A stretch of DNA of 62,897 nt, the filler included. It is 3 parts of 3 records of this genome, joined end to end, with 100 filler letters (N's around TTAATTAATTAA, not from the genome) between each part and the next. Parts side by side here need not be neighbours in the genome. Positions count along the whole stretch, not along the records: positions 12,847 to 38,061 come from SRR20825019_1859; 2 more parts are not named here. The stretch is one strand, 5' to 3'. Position numbers and translations under genes: made by a program. Below are positions 21,285 to 33,099 of the stretch, in pieces; the stretch's first letter is position 1, and each line of letters begins with the position of its first letter. The notes beneath the pieces were generated by a model. It was not told where the DNA came from and searched no databases. It saw only the letters and a list, made by a program, of their open reading frames with translations.

Positions 21285-23069
21285 TCATGATACTGTTGCG
21301 ATGTCTGGAAGAGGATTCGCCTTGTTAAAGTGCTGGTTGTCCTTGAACTCACTGTACACGGAGAAGGCCATATATAAAGCATGGACAAGACTGCTCCCTC
21401 CCTTCTCGCTGGGATACACAGGGATATCCAACACCGCCGTCAACAAGCGTGCATACTCCTCCGTACTCAGCGCAATGGACGCTGAAGGCACCCTGGTTGT
21501 CTGTAGAACAGTCTCCACCTGCTCCGGCCACACTTGTAGCAGACTCTCAATATCGGGCATCGGCCTCGGAAATATGACATTGGTGGTGGCCGCCTTGGCG
21601 TGGATTGCATTCACGCCTTCAATCCATTTGGTGATCTGAGCCCCCTTCTCTGCCGCACGCTCGATGGTTGGAACCGCATTCTCCACAGTGGATGTGTGAA
21701 GCGCCCGCAGCTCGTTGTGCAGAAGATTGGGATCAGTCATGTTAAGGGAAGGTTCGTCCAGGATGGTAAGCCCAAGTGGCTTGTCTTCTCCTACGGGTAC
21801 TGGCACCTGTGTGATAGTGTGAGCTTGGTCCCTACACCATCAAGTTGCCACCACACACCTTAATAAAAGCATCAATATCGCCAACCGCCGGGAGATACTC
21901 GGGCACGAAAGGCTTCAGTGCCGCCTCGAGCTCGTGATTCGTCGGCTTGTACATGTCGACATACTTCATAATATCCTTAACATACTCGGGGAACTTGGCG
22001 ATGACAGAGTCCTTGGGGGGCCAAAATGTCAAAACAGCAGTATCCACATGCCTACCGACGGCCTTACCTCGAGCTTGAAGCCTTCGTGTTCTTGACCTTC
22101 ATCATCCTCGCTGCTCAGGTCACTTTCGGATTCCTCCTCGCTTTCTTCACTACTGCTGTACTTTTGAGGCTGAGCTCTCTGGCCAGCAGGCTTGGACGTC
22201 TCCAACTGGCTCTTGGAGGCTTCGGTGCTCCTGCGCGCTTCATTGTAGTCCTCGTCATCCGATAAGAAGCTACTACCGCTGCCACTACCGTCGCTGTCTT
22301 CACCGTCGTTATTGGTGGCCTTGTCACCGTACGATGAATACTTCTTCAACTCTGAGGGAGACACGTGGCCATCCCTGGCAGTGAGACCCATGGCCACTGC
22401 GGAAAGTCAAGTTAGCCTCTTCCAACACCCTTCATAGCAGGAAGAACACACCCGCACGGCTCTCACGCCCCTTCTTCATTTTCTCTAGCTCCCTGTCTAC
22501 ATCAAAGGACGCACTCTCCTCGGCAACCGAGGTGGAGTCTTGACTGACCTCAAGGACCTCATCGTAAGTATTGTTTTCAACAATCTGGGTCTGACAGCTC
22601 TCTGTTATCCCTCAGTCACCATAGCCCTACTACTTCTCACCTCCTTCCATCCACTCAGGAGAGACTTGATTGTGTCATCCGGAGCAAGGTCAACAGGGAG
22701 CTTACCGTCCCTGTTCTCCACATCTGGCCTCGCTCGATGTTTGATCAAAAGCTTGACAGCATCTCCATTTCGCTGTGCTGCCGCTACATGAAGTGGTGTT
22801 GTGCCGTTCAAGTCGGCAGTGTTAGGATCTAATCATAGTCAGGTGAGCCTGCAGAAAAACTAAAACAAAAGACCACTACCTGCACCAGCTTCAAGAAGCC
22901 ACTTAGTCACGTCTTCTCTTCCACAGCGGAGAGCATGCAAGAGTGGCGTGTTCCCATCATCGTCGGCGGTGTTGACATTCAACAGAGACACCAGAACTAA
23001 CTCCTTCACAGTGTCGATTTCACCTTGTCGACAAGCTTTGATGAGCTTCGCGGTAGACTCGGCAGCCAT
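21285..23069 (-). CDS. IFT46: Ankyrin-repeat / IFT46-domain fusion protein, spliced
   Basis: C-terminal IFT46 signature YKP..ELEAALKPFVPEYLPAVGDIDAFIKVP..LGLTILDEPS..TDP..MPDIESLLQVWP..LDIPVY. In-frame splicing (e.g. intron 22591-22640) links it through an acidic linker to ankyrin repeats GNTPLL, GTTPLHVAA and GKLPVDLA. Confidence 0.75.
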
Positions 23070-23904
23070 TGTGAGCACAATTTGTCTCTAGGCCGTGTCG
23101 ACAGGTATTTGAGCACAACTACAGCTCGAGCTTGGGGGAGTGGGGGGCAAAATTAACGCGCCTACGGCCTTGGCACATCAAAGCTTGACAGTATGGGGGT
23201 GCCTGACCTTGTTCTGGGGATCTCGGATACGACTGCGGCCGCTGGACGCGGGCCGGCCCCGCGGGCCGCACAGCGGACCTGGCCGGCGGGGAGTGGCCCG
23301 GCGACCCCGGCCGGTGCCGTGCCCCCGGCCGGCGCCGCGCTGGCCCGGCCGGGCCGGGGCTGACCGGCACGTCCGGCGGCGCTCGATCGCGGTCCGCGAG
23401 GCCGGTCCGGTGACCTGCACACCTGGGTGCCACGGTCCTGGTGCCGAGCCGGCATGCCCAGCAACTCAAAAACTTGAACTGCCAAATTCGCCAACTCCTG
23501 GCATTTGCAAAGCTACCCGCCTGATCCCGGATGACTTTCTCAGATCGGATCGAGGGGAAACCATCTGGTACGATGGGGCTCATCAAGTTCGCGCCAAATT
23601 CGAGTTTGGGCTCAGGAACGCACTGGTGTGCGCCTTACTGATTAGTTTAGTCCGCCGGCCGCGCTGCCCGGCCGCCAGCGGTGTGCCACCGCCCGGCCGG
23701 GGCGCCCGGGAGGCCCGCCCGGCACTCACTGAGCCGGCCGGGCCGCCGGCACGCCGGTCACTACTCTGCCTGATGAGCCGGAACACGACGCGCCCTTTGT
23801 CCACTATTAGTCGAGCACGAAGGAGGCAGAAGGTGTTGGTGGCGGGACCCGCGCCGAGCATGATATATATTCATGATGCACTTGAGAATAGTGTACCACA
23901 CACC

Positions 23905-26900
23905 ATGAGCAGTGCGGGCGCCGGGGTGGACTATGAACTCAGCGTGGCTGTGCTGGACAGCAAGGGTTTGCCGCCCGCTGGCGCTGTGGTGACCTGCAAC
24001 TTTGCCGGCCACGTGCAGAGCATTACACTGCCACCATGGTCACAGGAGCTGAAGTGGACGATCACGCCAAAGGAACTTCAGAGTCTCAAGGCTGTTAATA
24101 CTCCTATCAAGCTTGTCTTCACCAGCACAAGCCCCGTTCCGGGAAATGCTGGTCTTGGTACGGCAGTAATACCTCTAAGGACCGCACAGGTATGCCAGGG
24201 ATGACTAGGCTCACGTCAGCATGAAACATTTATTCTGTTTTGCCAGATGAACTCGGGTTATGAGTGGTACTCTCTCGTGAAGTCCTCGCTTAGGGAGCCT
24301 CCTCGTGTCAAGGTACTGGCAAAGATTGTTCCCAGGCCTGCCGGCGCGAAGAAGGACGAGAAGCAGACAATGCTCCAAGGAGCCATGGCCAACATTCAAG
24401 AAAGGGACTCTCGGGACGACTTTGCCTTGTCGGATGAAGTGAAAGTGTTCAACTTCAATTTTAATATCCACTCCGTGCAGAACCTGGATACCTTGTCAAG
24501 CCCTTCGCCACCGCCACCCGAGAATCTCAGGGCGAGGTTTAGGCTTTTTGATGCCCCTGTTGAATCGACGAATTTTCTTTCTGCGCAGAAGGTGGAGAGC
24601 GGAACAGGAACTCTGTCGAAGTCCCCAGTGAATCACGTTACGAATATGCAGCTGAAGTCATCTGCTGCCGGGCTTGTGCGGTTTCTAGAGCAGAACCCCG
24701 AGATCACAGTGGAGATTATCAATACAGAAGACCATAGCGCCGTTGTCGGGAAGGTGGTGGTCCCCATTTGCAAGATGGTTGCAGGAGGGATGTTCCAACC
24801 TCTGCATGGGACGTACTCGATGGTGGAGTGGTCTGGTCACTCGAGGGAGGGCAACAGCGCGTCCATGACCGTATCGGCAAAGCTCGAGGCCGCCTTTGAG
24901 GCACCTTCGAACGCCGGTGTGGCCGACAGAAGTGTGGATCTCTCGCGCGATGCTTCATTGGCTGCCGACAAGAGCGAGGCAGATACCGGGGCCGGGGTTG
25001 CCAATCCTCAGGATGAGAGTCAAGCACCTGATAATAGCAATGCCCAAGGGGGAGCTCCACCTGTGCCGCCGTCCGGAGACACTACCGATGATGAAGATCT
25101 GGCTAATGATGAAGAGGTCCAGTGGCGGTTTGCCATCGAGGTGAAGTCTGTCAAGCTCTTTGATATGCAGTCTGCTTCTGTATATGTCAAATATAATTAC
25201 CCCTTGTTTGGAGGTGGTGCTGCCACTTTTAAGTCAAAGCCTCCAGTAGTTGCTAATCGTCGAGTTGACTGCAAGCTCCCTAACGCTTTCTGTGCTTTTG
25301 AATTCTCAATGGGACGTGCACGACTGGTAGCAAGGCTGGTGAACGAACCATTGACGATTGAAGTCTATCATCGGGACAAGTACACAAAGGATGTTCTCAT
25401 TGGTAAGAGCGTCATCCCTTTTGCGAAGGTACTCCAGGCTCGTCCAGAAGTTGGTAGTCATCCTGGCAGCTCATCCCAGCGTGCTGAGACTACTGGCGTT
25501 GTATCTGCCCTTGATGAAAATGGAAACTCGAAGCGAGTAGCCACCCTGAACGTAGGCCTCCAGTTGGAACAAGCATATAGAGTGGAGGAGAACATACGCG
25601 CAAGCACAGAAATCCGACCACAGCTGGACATGATGCAAGCGGCGGCTGAAGGGGACACCTTATACGAGAATGCCCGTGAAACCCCCGCATACCAGGCTGC
25701 ATGGGAGCTGGAGATGTGGAAAACGGCTGAGGAGGAGAAGTTCATGGCATCATTGAGGGAAAGGGTGGGTCCAATGTGGAATGGTGTCGTTGTCGTCAAC
25801 TTACTGTGCTTGATTTCAGGAACAACAAAGGATGGTCATGATGGAGCAGGAGTGGAAGAAAAGATTCAAAGAACAGGAAGAGAGCGTGGAGAAACGCATG
25901 ACAGAGTACACTAAGCTGGAAGGGAAGCTCAAAGCTGCGCTTTTTGAGGTTGAACGAAGGGAACGGAAGCTCATCTTGGCCGAAGAGGATTTGGATGTCC
26001 GCCGTGTTGCTTTAGAGAAGGAGAACGAGCAGCGCAATCAAGAAGCCCAGCTGGCAGCCCGTCGAGTACGGGATGAGTACGCACACCAGGCCGCCCTGGA
26101 GAAGGCGCGACAGGTATAGCGATATGCACAAGAGATACCACCCTCCCTAATCCACATGACAGGCCGAAGTTATGAATTTGAATGACATGTTGCGGAGGCG
26201 GGTTGAGGAGGCGGACGAGAGGTATCGGAATCTTGACAAAGAGTTCCAGAACTACAAGAAAGAGCAAGCCACACAGCCACAAGCGGTTCTGCAGGCTGAA
26301 GTGACCCGCATGGTGGAAGCGTGCAGGTGTGTATCTATGAAATCGTTGGCATTCGTGGCAATCACTCATTCCTTCCATAGTGAGATGGAAAAGAGACTCG
26401 ATGCCGCGAATCGTCAAAAGACCAAGTACAAGAGCCAGCTTATGAGGGCGCTAAAGCAGATCAAGGATATGAAGGATACGGCTGAGAAGGACATGGCGGA
26501 GCGCTTGGCTAGAGGTACCAGTTAGGAGTAGATGTATTGTGAACTCTCTAACAATCACACAGAGGAGAAAGAACGGCAGCAGATAAAGATAGCCGCTATC
26601 GCAAAAGACGAGAGCAGCGCTTTGAATGCAGAACGGCAGGAGTTGCATGGCCTCCGCCAAGAACTGGAGACACTGAAGTACGCGAGTAGCGCGGCGCAAC
26701 AGCGTTTCCCTCTAAATGTAATGGCCCCAAGTTTGCATCCTGCCCAGCATGTCTCCGGTGGTCTTGCCATGAATGCCGGTGCAATGATGCATGGAATGGA
26801 GGGTGGAATGGGGGGCTCATTGAAATCTTCCGGTGCTGGAAAGAGGGGCAAGATGGAGGAGGTGCAGAGGTAAGAATATTGGGCCTCTGTTATCCAGCAT

Positions 26901-27048
26901 ACTCACGCCTTGCAGATTACTGAACGAACGGGAAGAGCTCCTAAAAACTGGTGTATACACCGAGGACGATGCTGTGGTGGCCCAGCTCAATGAGAAGATC
27001 AATGCCCTTGGAGTACAGCTGGACACGCCCAAGGCCGCATGGGTCTGA
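23905..27048 (+). CDS. CEP120: Centrosomal protein CEP120 homologue, spliced
   Basis: C2-like domains (VYVKYNYPLFG, LPNAFCAFEF), the hallmark RETPAYQAAWELEMWK, a coiled coil, and C-terminal RLLNEREELLKTGVYTEDDAVV. Confidence 0.88.
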
Positions 27049-27540
27049 GAGCGAACGCGGGCCGCGGCGGGAGGAGCTCGGATCTGTCAGGGCCGCTGGT
27101 CAACGGCATGGCCGGCCGAGCGGTGCGCTTGTGAGAACGAATAAAACCACTACTAGAGTAGAGAGAGACTTGCGAATTGTTTCCCAATTGGGATAGTAGG
27201 TGGAGAGTTTTGTTCAAATCACTCGATTGTCTCGTTTCGATCAGCCAGCATGTGCCGGAGTCTTGGAACCACGCAAATCTAGCACATGGAAGCTCGGCCG
27301 CCCGAAGGGGGAGGTGATCCGCCTCGCAACCGTGGCGTCCGGCCAACAAAAACACATCGAAAGCGCGCCTCGCAGTCCGTTCTCCCGACTGAACGGACTG
27401 TCAGGGCAGTGCGTGGCCGGGTGCGGCCGACGCATCCGCGGCTGACGCCCCGATTTCAATTTTGTCAGTCGTGAGCACCGTCCCAGTACACCTAGCTCGA
27501 AGGGCACGGACGACTCCCGAGCCGGCAGAGTTGGGGCCGG

Positions 27541-27582
27541 CCGCCCGACCGGCTGGGCCCGCCCGACCGGCTGGGCCCGCCC
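27541..27582. repeat. Tandem 18-bp repeat (CCGCCCGACCGGCTGGGC x2.3) inside a GC island
   Basis: Read directly from the sequence. Confidence 0.85.
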
Positions 27583-27784
27583 CATCGGGGTCCGACACTA
27601 ACACGCAACGGCCTCCCCTTACCTTGGGCCGGCCGGGCTGAGGCCTTAGAGCATTATGGCCCAGGCCTTGCATTCTTAGTCACTCCCCAAGCTCACACTA
27701 AGTATTTGTCATGCCCGTCCACATACACTAGAGACAGAACTCAACGCGAAAATAACTGGCCACCGCATCAGCAGCAGCGGGAGC

Positions 27785-30771
27785 ATGTTTAAGCAGATTG
27801 CGTCGGAAGGTTTGTTGTTCTGTGGACCTTGCTTTAAACACATACGCTGACTGTCACTTAGCTATTGGTGCTCTTGGAATTGAACTGAAGTGTGCCATAT
27901 GGTACTACCTAAAGCGCGCGGCTGCATTCGCATAGCTAACGGTTTTTCCAGTCTCTCCAGCTACCATGACCCAGTTTCACTCTCATGCAACCATACGTTC
28001 TGCAGGTGCGAAATTTCACTCAGCAGCTCGCGGTTGCTTTTCTTATGTCTTTAACAGAGAGTGCATTTTGCAATCGTTGAGAAGAAAGGAGTGTTGCCCT
28101 GAATGCAGGAGCCCTGTATGTATACAACATAGACTGCACTCTCTCATCTGACCCTCTGCAAAATCAGGCCACTCGCAGATCTATCCAAAAGAGCAACCGG
28201 ACCACGAATCTTCTTCACGCTTACAAGCTTCTTGCCGTATCGAATGACGTGGAGCTGTCACAAGATCCCGCCGGTATAATTTGTGTGTTTCTCTTTGGCA
28301 GATATCACGCACTGACGCATGCCGCAGCATTTCCTAGTGAACCGATTTTCTCGCCGACAAGAGCCGGCAATTTTCTCAGAAAGGCACCGGCAAAGAAGAT
28401 GGATTCGCCGCCTCTTAACGATGACGATATGGACACTCAGCGGATTGTGGACCCCAAAGACTTGGAGATAATGGAGTTGGATGCAGTAGAGGATCCGAAG
28501 CCTACCGAAGCGATTCCAGAAAATGAAATGGACCCGGTGGTAGTAGGAAAGGAAGAAAGCAATGCTCTAAAGGGGTTCACTGAGACGAAGAAGGTCAAAC
28601 GGAAGAAGCAGGCGACACTGGAGCGATTTGTGGGGCCTGTTGGTACGTGGAATATATTCGTGCAAATGGATTGTGTACCCATGGGATATGCAGGTGCTGT
28701 GAACAAGGAAAATAACTCGAGGACGGTTGCCCCCCAGGACACATGTACTAGGAACAAAGGATCTGCAGATGGCAAGAGCCCAGCCAAGAAAAAGAAGAAG
28801 GTCGAGAGGTCTCAAACTTGTGAGAAGCCAGCAAGAAGGAAGTTGCCCCTTGCGGATAGTGAGGAGGCATCTAGCTCGACGAAGGTGGGATCCACCCCAG
28901 GAGTCCTCCTGGAACCCCAGGAGGCTGGCAAGAAGAGTAGGAAGTCTGCCAAGGAGAAGAAAGCCAAAGGGACGCCCTTGCCTCAAGATTCCAGCCCCAA
29001 AGTAGTGGATGCTGACCCTTCTTCGTTGGCCATGGAGGAAGATATATGCTGTGTATGCTTTGACGGCGATTCACTCGAAAGCGATCCCATCGTTTTCTGT
29101 GATGGCGGCTGTGGCATTGCCGTGCACCAAAGTTGCTATGGGATCGACAGAGTACCCGAGGGTAGTTGGATATGCCGTCATTGCGAGCACCGGAAGGAAA
29201 CTGGCCGTATGAATGTATGATCTGTAGCAGCGTCGGTATCATCAAATTAATAACTTGTTTGCACAGATATGCTGCCTATGCCCCTGCGAGAATGGCGCTC
29301 TATGGCCCACAGACAACGGAACTTGGGCGCACTTGTCCTGTGCTTTGTGGATCCCTGAAACAGTTGTGGACCGCGATGCCGGGCTGATTCGGAACATTGA
29401 GGGCATGGACAAACGGAGGTGGTCGATGGTGAGTACCAAAGCGCCGTCTTGCATGACAGCAATCTGATCTCCATATCCAGAAATGCACCGTGTGTGGAAC
29501 AAAGGATGGTGCCACCGCCCAGTGCCACATTGGGTCTTGCACCAAGGCGTTCCATGTTGCATGTGCTCAGAAAGCCGGGTACCTCGTGGACTTTAAAGAG
29601 AAGAAGGATGGTGATATTACACGAATTATCCTCTGCGGGAAGCACACAGAGGCGACCACTGGAAAGCCTTTGAAGCCCATTTTGAGCAAGGACCAGACAC
29701 GCTCGAAAAGCTCATGCCGACCGAAGAAGGGTGCTGCGTCGAAGAAAACTTCCACACCAATGCCAAAGTCGACAAGTGCCTCTGCTGTCGTAGAGGCCGG
29801 CAAGGAACGGAAGCCATGTGCTTCGAATAATGTTTGCATCGTTCCAACCGGGCTCTCCCAACCACAAATGGTAAGTTGATCCCTGGGATTGGCACGGAGT
29901 CTTTCTCAAGCCTTGCATTTCAGGCGAAGCTAGAGAAGATGGTGTCACAGTTCGGATGGAAGCTATCGAAGAAAGTCACGCCGCAGGCGACACATGTAGT
30001 TGCAAAGACAACCGTGCCCCTCACCGCGACGAGAACATTGAAATATGTGGCTGCTGTGGCCGCTGGGATCTGGGTACTTGGCTTCGATTGTAAGTGGGTG
30101 TTAATGGACAATCTTTTGCGGCTGATATGGGGGCTGCGACAGGGGTTCTTCGGTGCCTGGCTGAGGATCAACATGCCAATGAGGAAGAATTTGAGGTGCT
30201 ACACGACTCGCTCGGCTTTCATGGTGGTGCCAGGAGAGCACGGCTTGCGGTATGGCACCCCACTCGCCAGGCAAGAGTGCATCGCTAATGGTGTGTCCAC
30301 AGAAGCAAGATGCCGGGAGCATTCCACTGTTCCATAACTTCAACTTCTATATCCCAAAGATGAGCAACGATAACATTTCTCCTGGTATGTGAACCGTGCC
30401 AGCCGCCACATGTGGTGCTAATCATTCTCACAGATGAGCTGAAGGGGCTAATCGAGAAGTGTGGAGGCCGTGTGATTCCCAAACCCCCAGTCCCCAAGTT
30501 CCCTTCATTTGCCAACAACAAGGCGGAGTCCACAGGATTCGCCTCACCGCCCCAGTCAAAGTACATTGTGATATGTGCCGACGAGCAGGTAAGACTCCCC
30601 GCTTGCACGCCACTTTTCTACGCCTCACAGTGTGCACAGGGCGTATCTCGTGAGCACCAACGCAAGGCATACAGCGACGACGTCGACGTCGTGACCTACA
30701 GATGGGTGTTGGACTCCATTTCCCAATACCAGCCTGTCGAGGTTGCGCCCTACTCGGCACCAGCAGTTTGA
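27785..30771 (+). CDS. BRCA1/BARD1-like protein: RING, PHD-Zn knuckle-ePHD (PZP), tandem BRCT; spliced
   Basis: RING [28 protein letters not shown]..CPECR assembled from small exons; PHD CCVC..FCDGGCGIAVHQSCYG..WICRHC; CCLCP..WAHLSCALWIPE; C..C...QC...CTKAFHVACA; BRCT THVV..RTLKY..GIWVL and VVTYRWVLDSIS. Confidence 0.8.
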
Positions 30772-30902
30772 ACCCCTGCAACATTCGCTCAGCATTTCCC
30801 AAGATCTTGAAACACGCCATAGAATGCATAAGTGCATTCTCCGCCAATAGCGAAACAACCACCAGTACCACTCGGCATATTCTTATTTCAACCAAGTGGA
30901 AT

Positions 30903-31838
30903 TTACTCATCGCCTATCGACTCAGCGTGGGCTGGCAGCCATCGCTGCCCCTCCGACGGCAAGCCTATATCAATCAGTTGCCATCTCCAGTTTCCAATCT
31001 TATTCTCCCCAATAAACTCTGTGGCGAAAGTCCACACACACGGAAACGTTCCACTGTCCGAGTGCAACATCTCCACCTCTTTCGTGTCACTACCCTCTGC
31101 ATCATCGGCGTCCCTGCCCTTCACAACCTTGAAGTCTCTCTTAACGTTCATAAGGACAGTTACGTAGGCATAAGCTTTCGGCATATGGTCCGGGCTCACC
31201 ACCATGTGCAATTCACTCTCGCACATCTTATACATACCAACATCCAGTTTATACTGGATTTTCCCACCCGGAAAGGTGTGTTGCAGTTGACTGAATTTGT
31301 TGGTGAAGTGAAGCATAACCTGGCAAGAACGATAAGGAAGAAGCAGTGAGATAAGGAAGTAGGAATTAAATGCTTCAAACGCCTACCTCGGGTGAAAGAA
31401 CGCCATCCAGCTCGTCCTCAATCTCATCCGTGGAATTAGCTTTTGAGAGAACTTCAGCCACCCTAGTCACTGCGAACCGTGCTCCTTGTTCAAAGGATTT
31501 GGTATCGAAGGGCCCCTTACGGTCCACATCGGCATCAAACGTGGAAATGAACAGGGTCTGCAAAAACTTGATTGCACGCTGCGTCGCTACAAAAAAGCTG
31601 AAAATCAAGGGCATGAGAAAAGTCAAATTCGATAGAGCCTGCAACCATACTTTGGAGAAGACATGTTTTGGAAGCGCTCGATTCCCCTTTCGTTATCGTC
31701 GGTCAGGACTTCAATAGGATCGTACACACTACCAAGCTTTGGTGGTAGGGTGAGCGTGGAGTTAGCTCGCGTGCATACCCGCAATGCCGCAGCCCTCCTC
31801 AACGCAAGGCCGCCGACCCCACGGAAAACCGACACCAT
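30903..31838 (-). CDS. Mitochondrial Tim44-like domain protein (MAIP1/mL45-like), spliced
   Basis: R/A/L-rich presequence MVSVFRGVGGLALRRAAALR; FDTKSFEQGARFAVTRVAEVLS; C-terminal WTF...WQLIDI typical of Tim44-like domains. Confidence 0.55.
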
Positions 31839-33099
31839 ACTTGCTATTGGAAGACTGAACTCTAGTGCCACCCAGCTATCTTTATGTGAGGGACGGCTGA
31901 TCCTCGAAAATTTCCTTCATTATGCCAGTCTCCAACGTTTCGTGCCAGGAGACGAGCCATCGGGCAAAGTAGTCCTTGCCGGGCGTCCGGCCTCCGTCTG
32001 AATGGAGCGCGGCAGAAGTCGTGGCGGCCATTCCATGACAAACCTGGTCAGGAGGGCATGGTCCCAACTAACAGCACTCCACTGCTGTCGCTGCCCGGGG
32101 GCGCCGGGGGCTGGACTCAACTGTGCGGCCTCAGAGCAGCTGACCGGGACTGACCGGCGGACCGCTGTGCCGGCGCGGGCCGGCCGCCGCCCGCCCGGCG
32201 TGCCGCAGCCTCCGTGCATGGTTCCCCGCGGGGACGGCCGGATGAGTGCTCAAAATCCTCTTGGCCGGCGCGGGGGCCCCGGGGACCGGCCCCCGTGGTG
32301 AGTGCGCCAGCCTGACCGTCCGGTGCGATCAATCGATGGGCCGGCGGGCACTGGCACCTGTCAACACACCGCCCGCCGAAGGCCGGCCGGGAGCCTCTGG
32401 TCACCGTCACCGGACCACCGGGGGGGGCATGCCGTGGCGCCGGCGGCGCAGGAGTGAACGCCACTGCCACGAAGTGGCTCCTTCCAATAGCGGACTGATT
32501 TGAACCCGCCAAGGATTCCGTCGTTCCAGTCAGGATCCTGATCACGGACAGTCGGGGTGGTGGCCGGCCGGGCCCGCTCAGTCCACTCACTCATCACCCT
32601 CACCACCGGGACGGCCCGGGCGCTGCCGTGGGGAAGGATCGCCGGCCGCTCCCCCGCCGCGTACCGTACTGACCAGTGGGTGGGGCCGGGCCCCGGCCGG
32701 CCACGGGTCAGGTCGAGGGCACTTACGCGGCGCTGGCCTCACCACCGGGGCCCGCGCCGGGCCCGCGTTGGGCCGCCGCCGGGCGCCGGGCGGTCGCCGG
32801 CCGAGCCTAGAGTTGGGACTCGACAGTGGCCCGCCGGCCCGCACTTGCCGGAGCCGGGTCCAGTCGGTCGGGGTGTTGGCACAGTCAACCACACCGGTAT
32901 GGCTCCTATCAAACGGCATCCGATATCAACTCTGCCCCTCAATCAAGCGTGGCGTCACTTTTCTGAACCGGAAGAGTGTTCAGGGCTTAAACACATCATA
33001 TGTTGCTAACGTTATATTTACGAAAAAATCATTTTTACCGACAGAGCACCCACTTCATCAATTGGGGCGAGAAAACAAGAAAAGCACGTTTAATACCAG

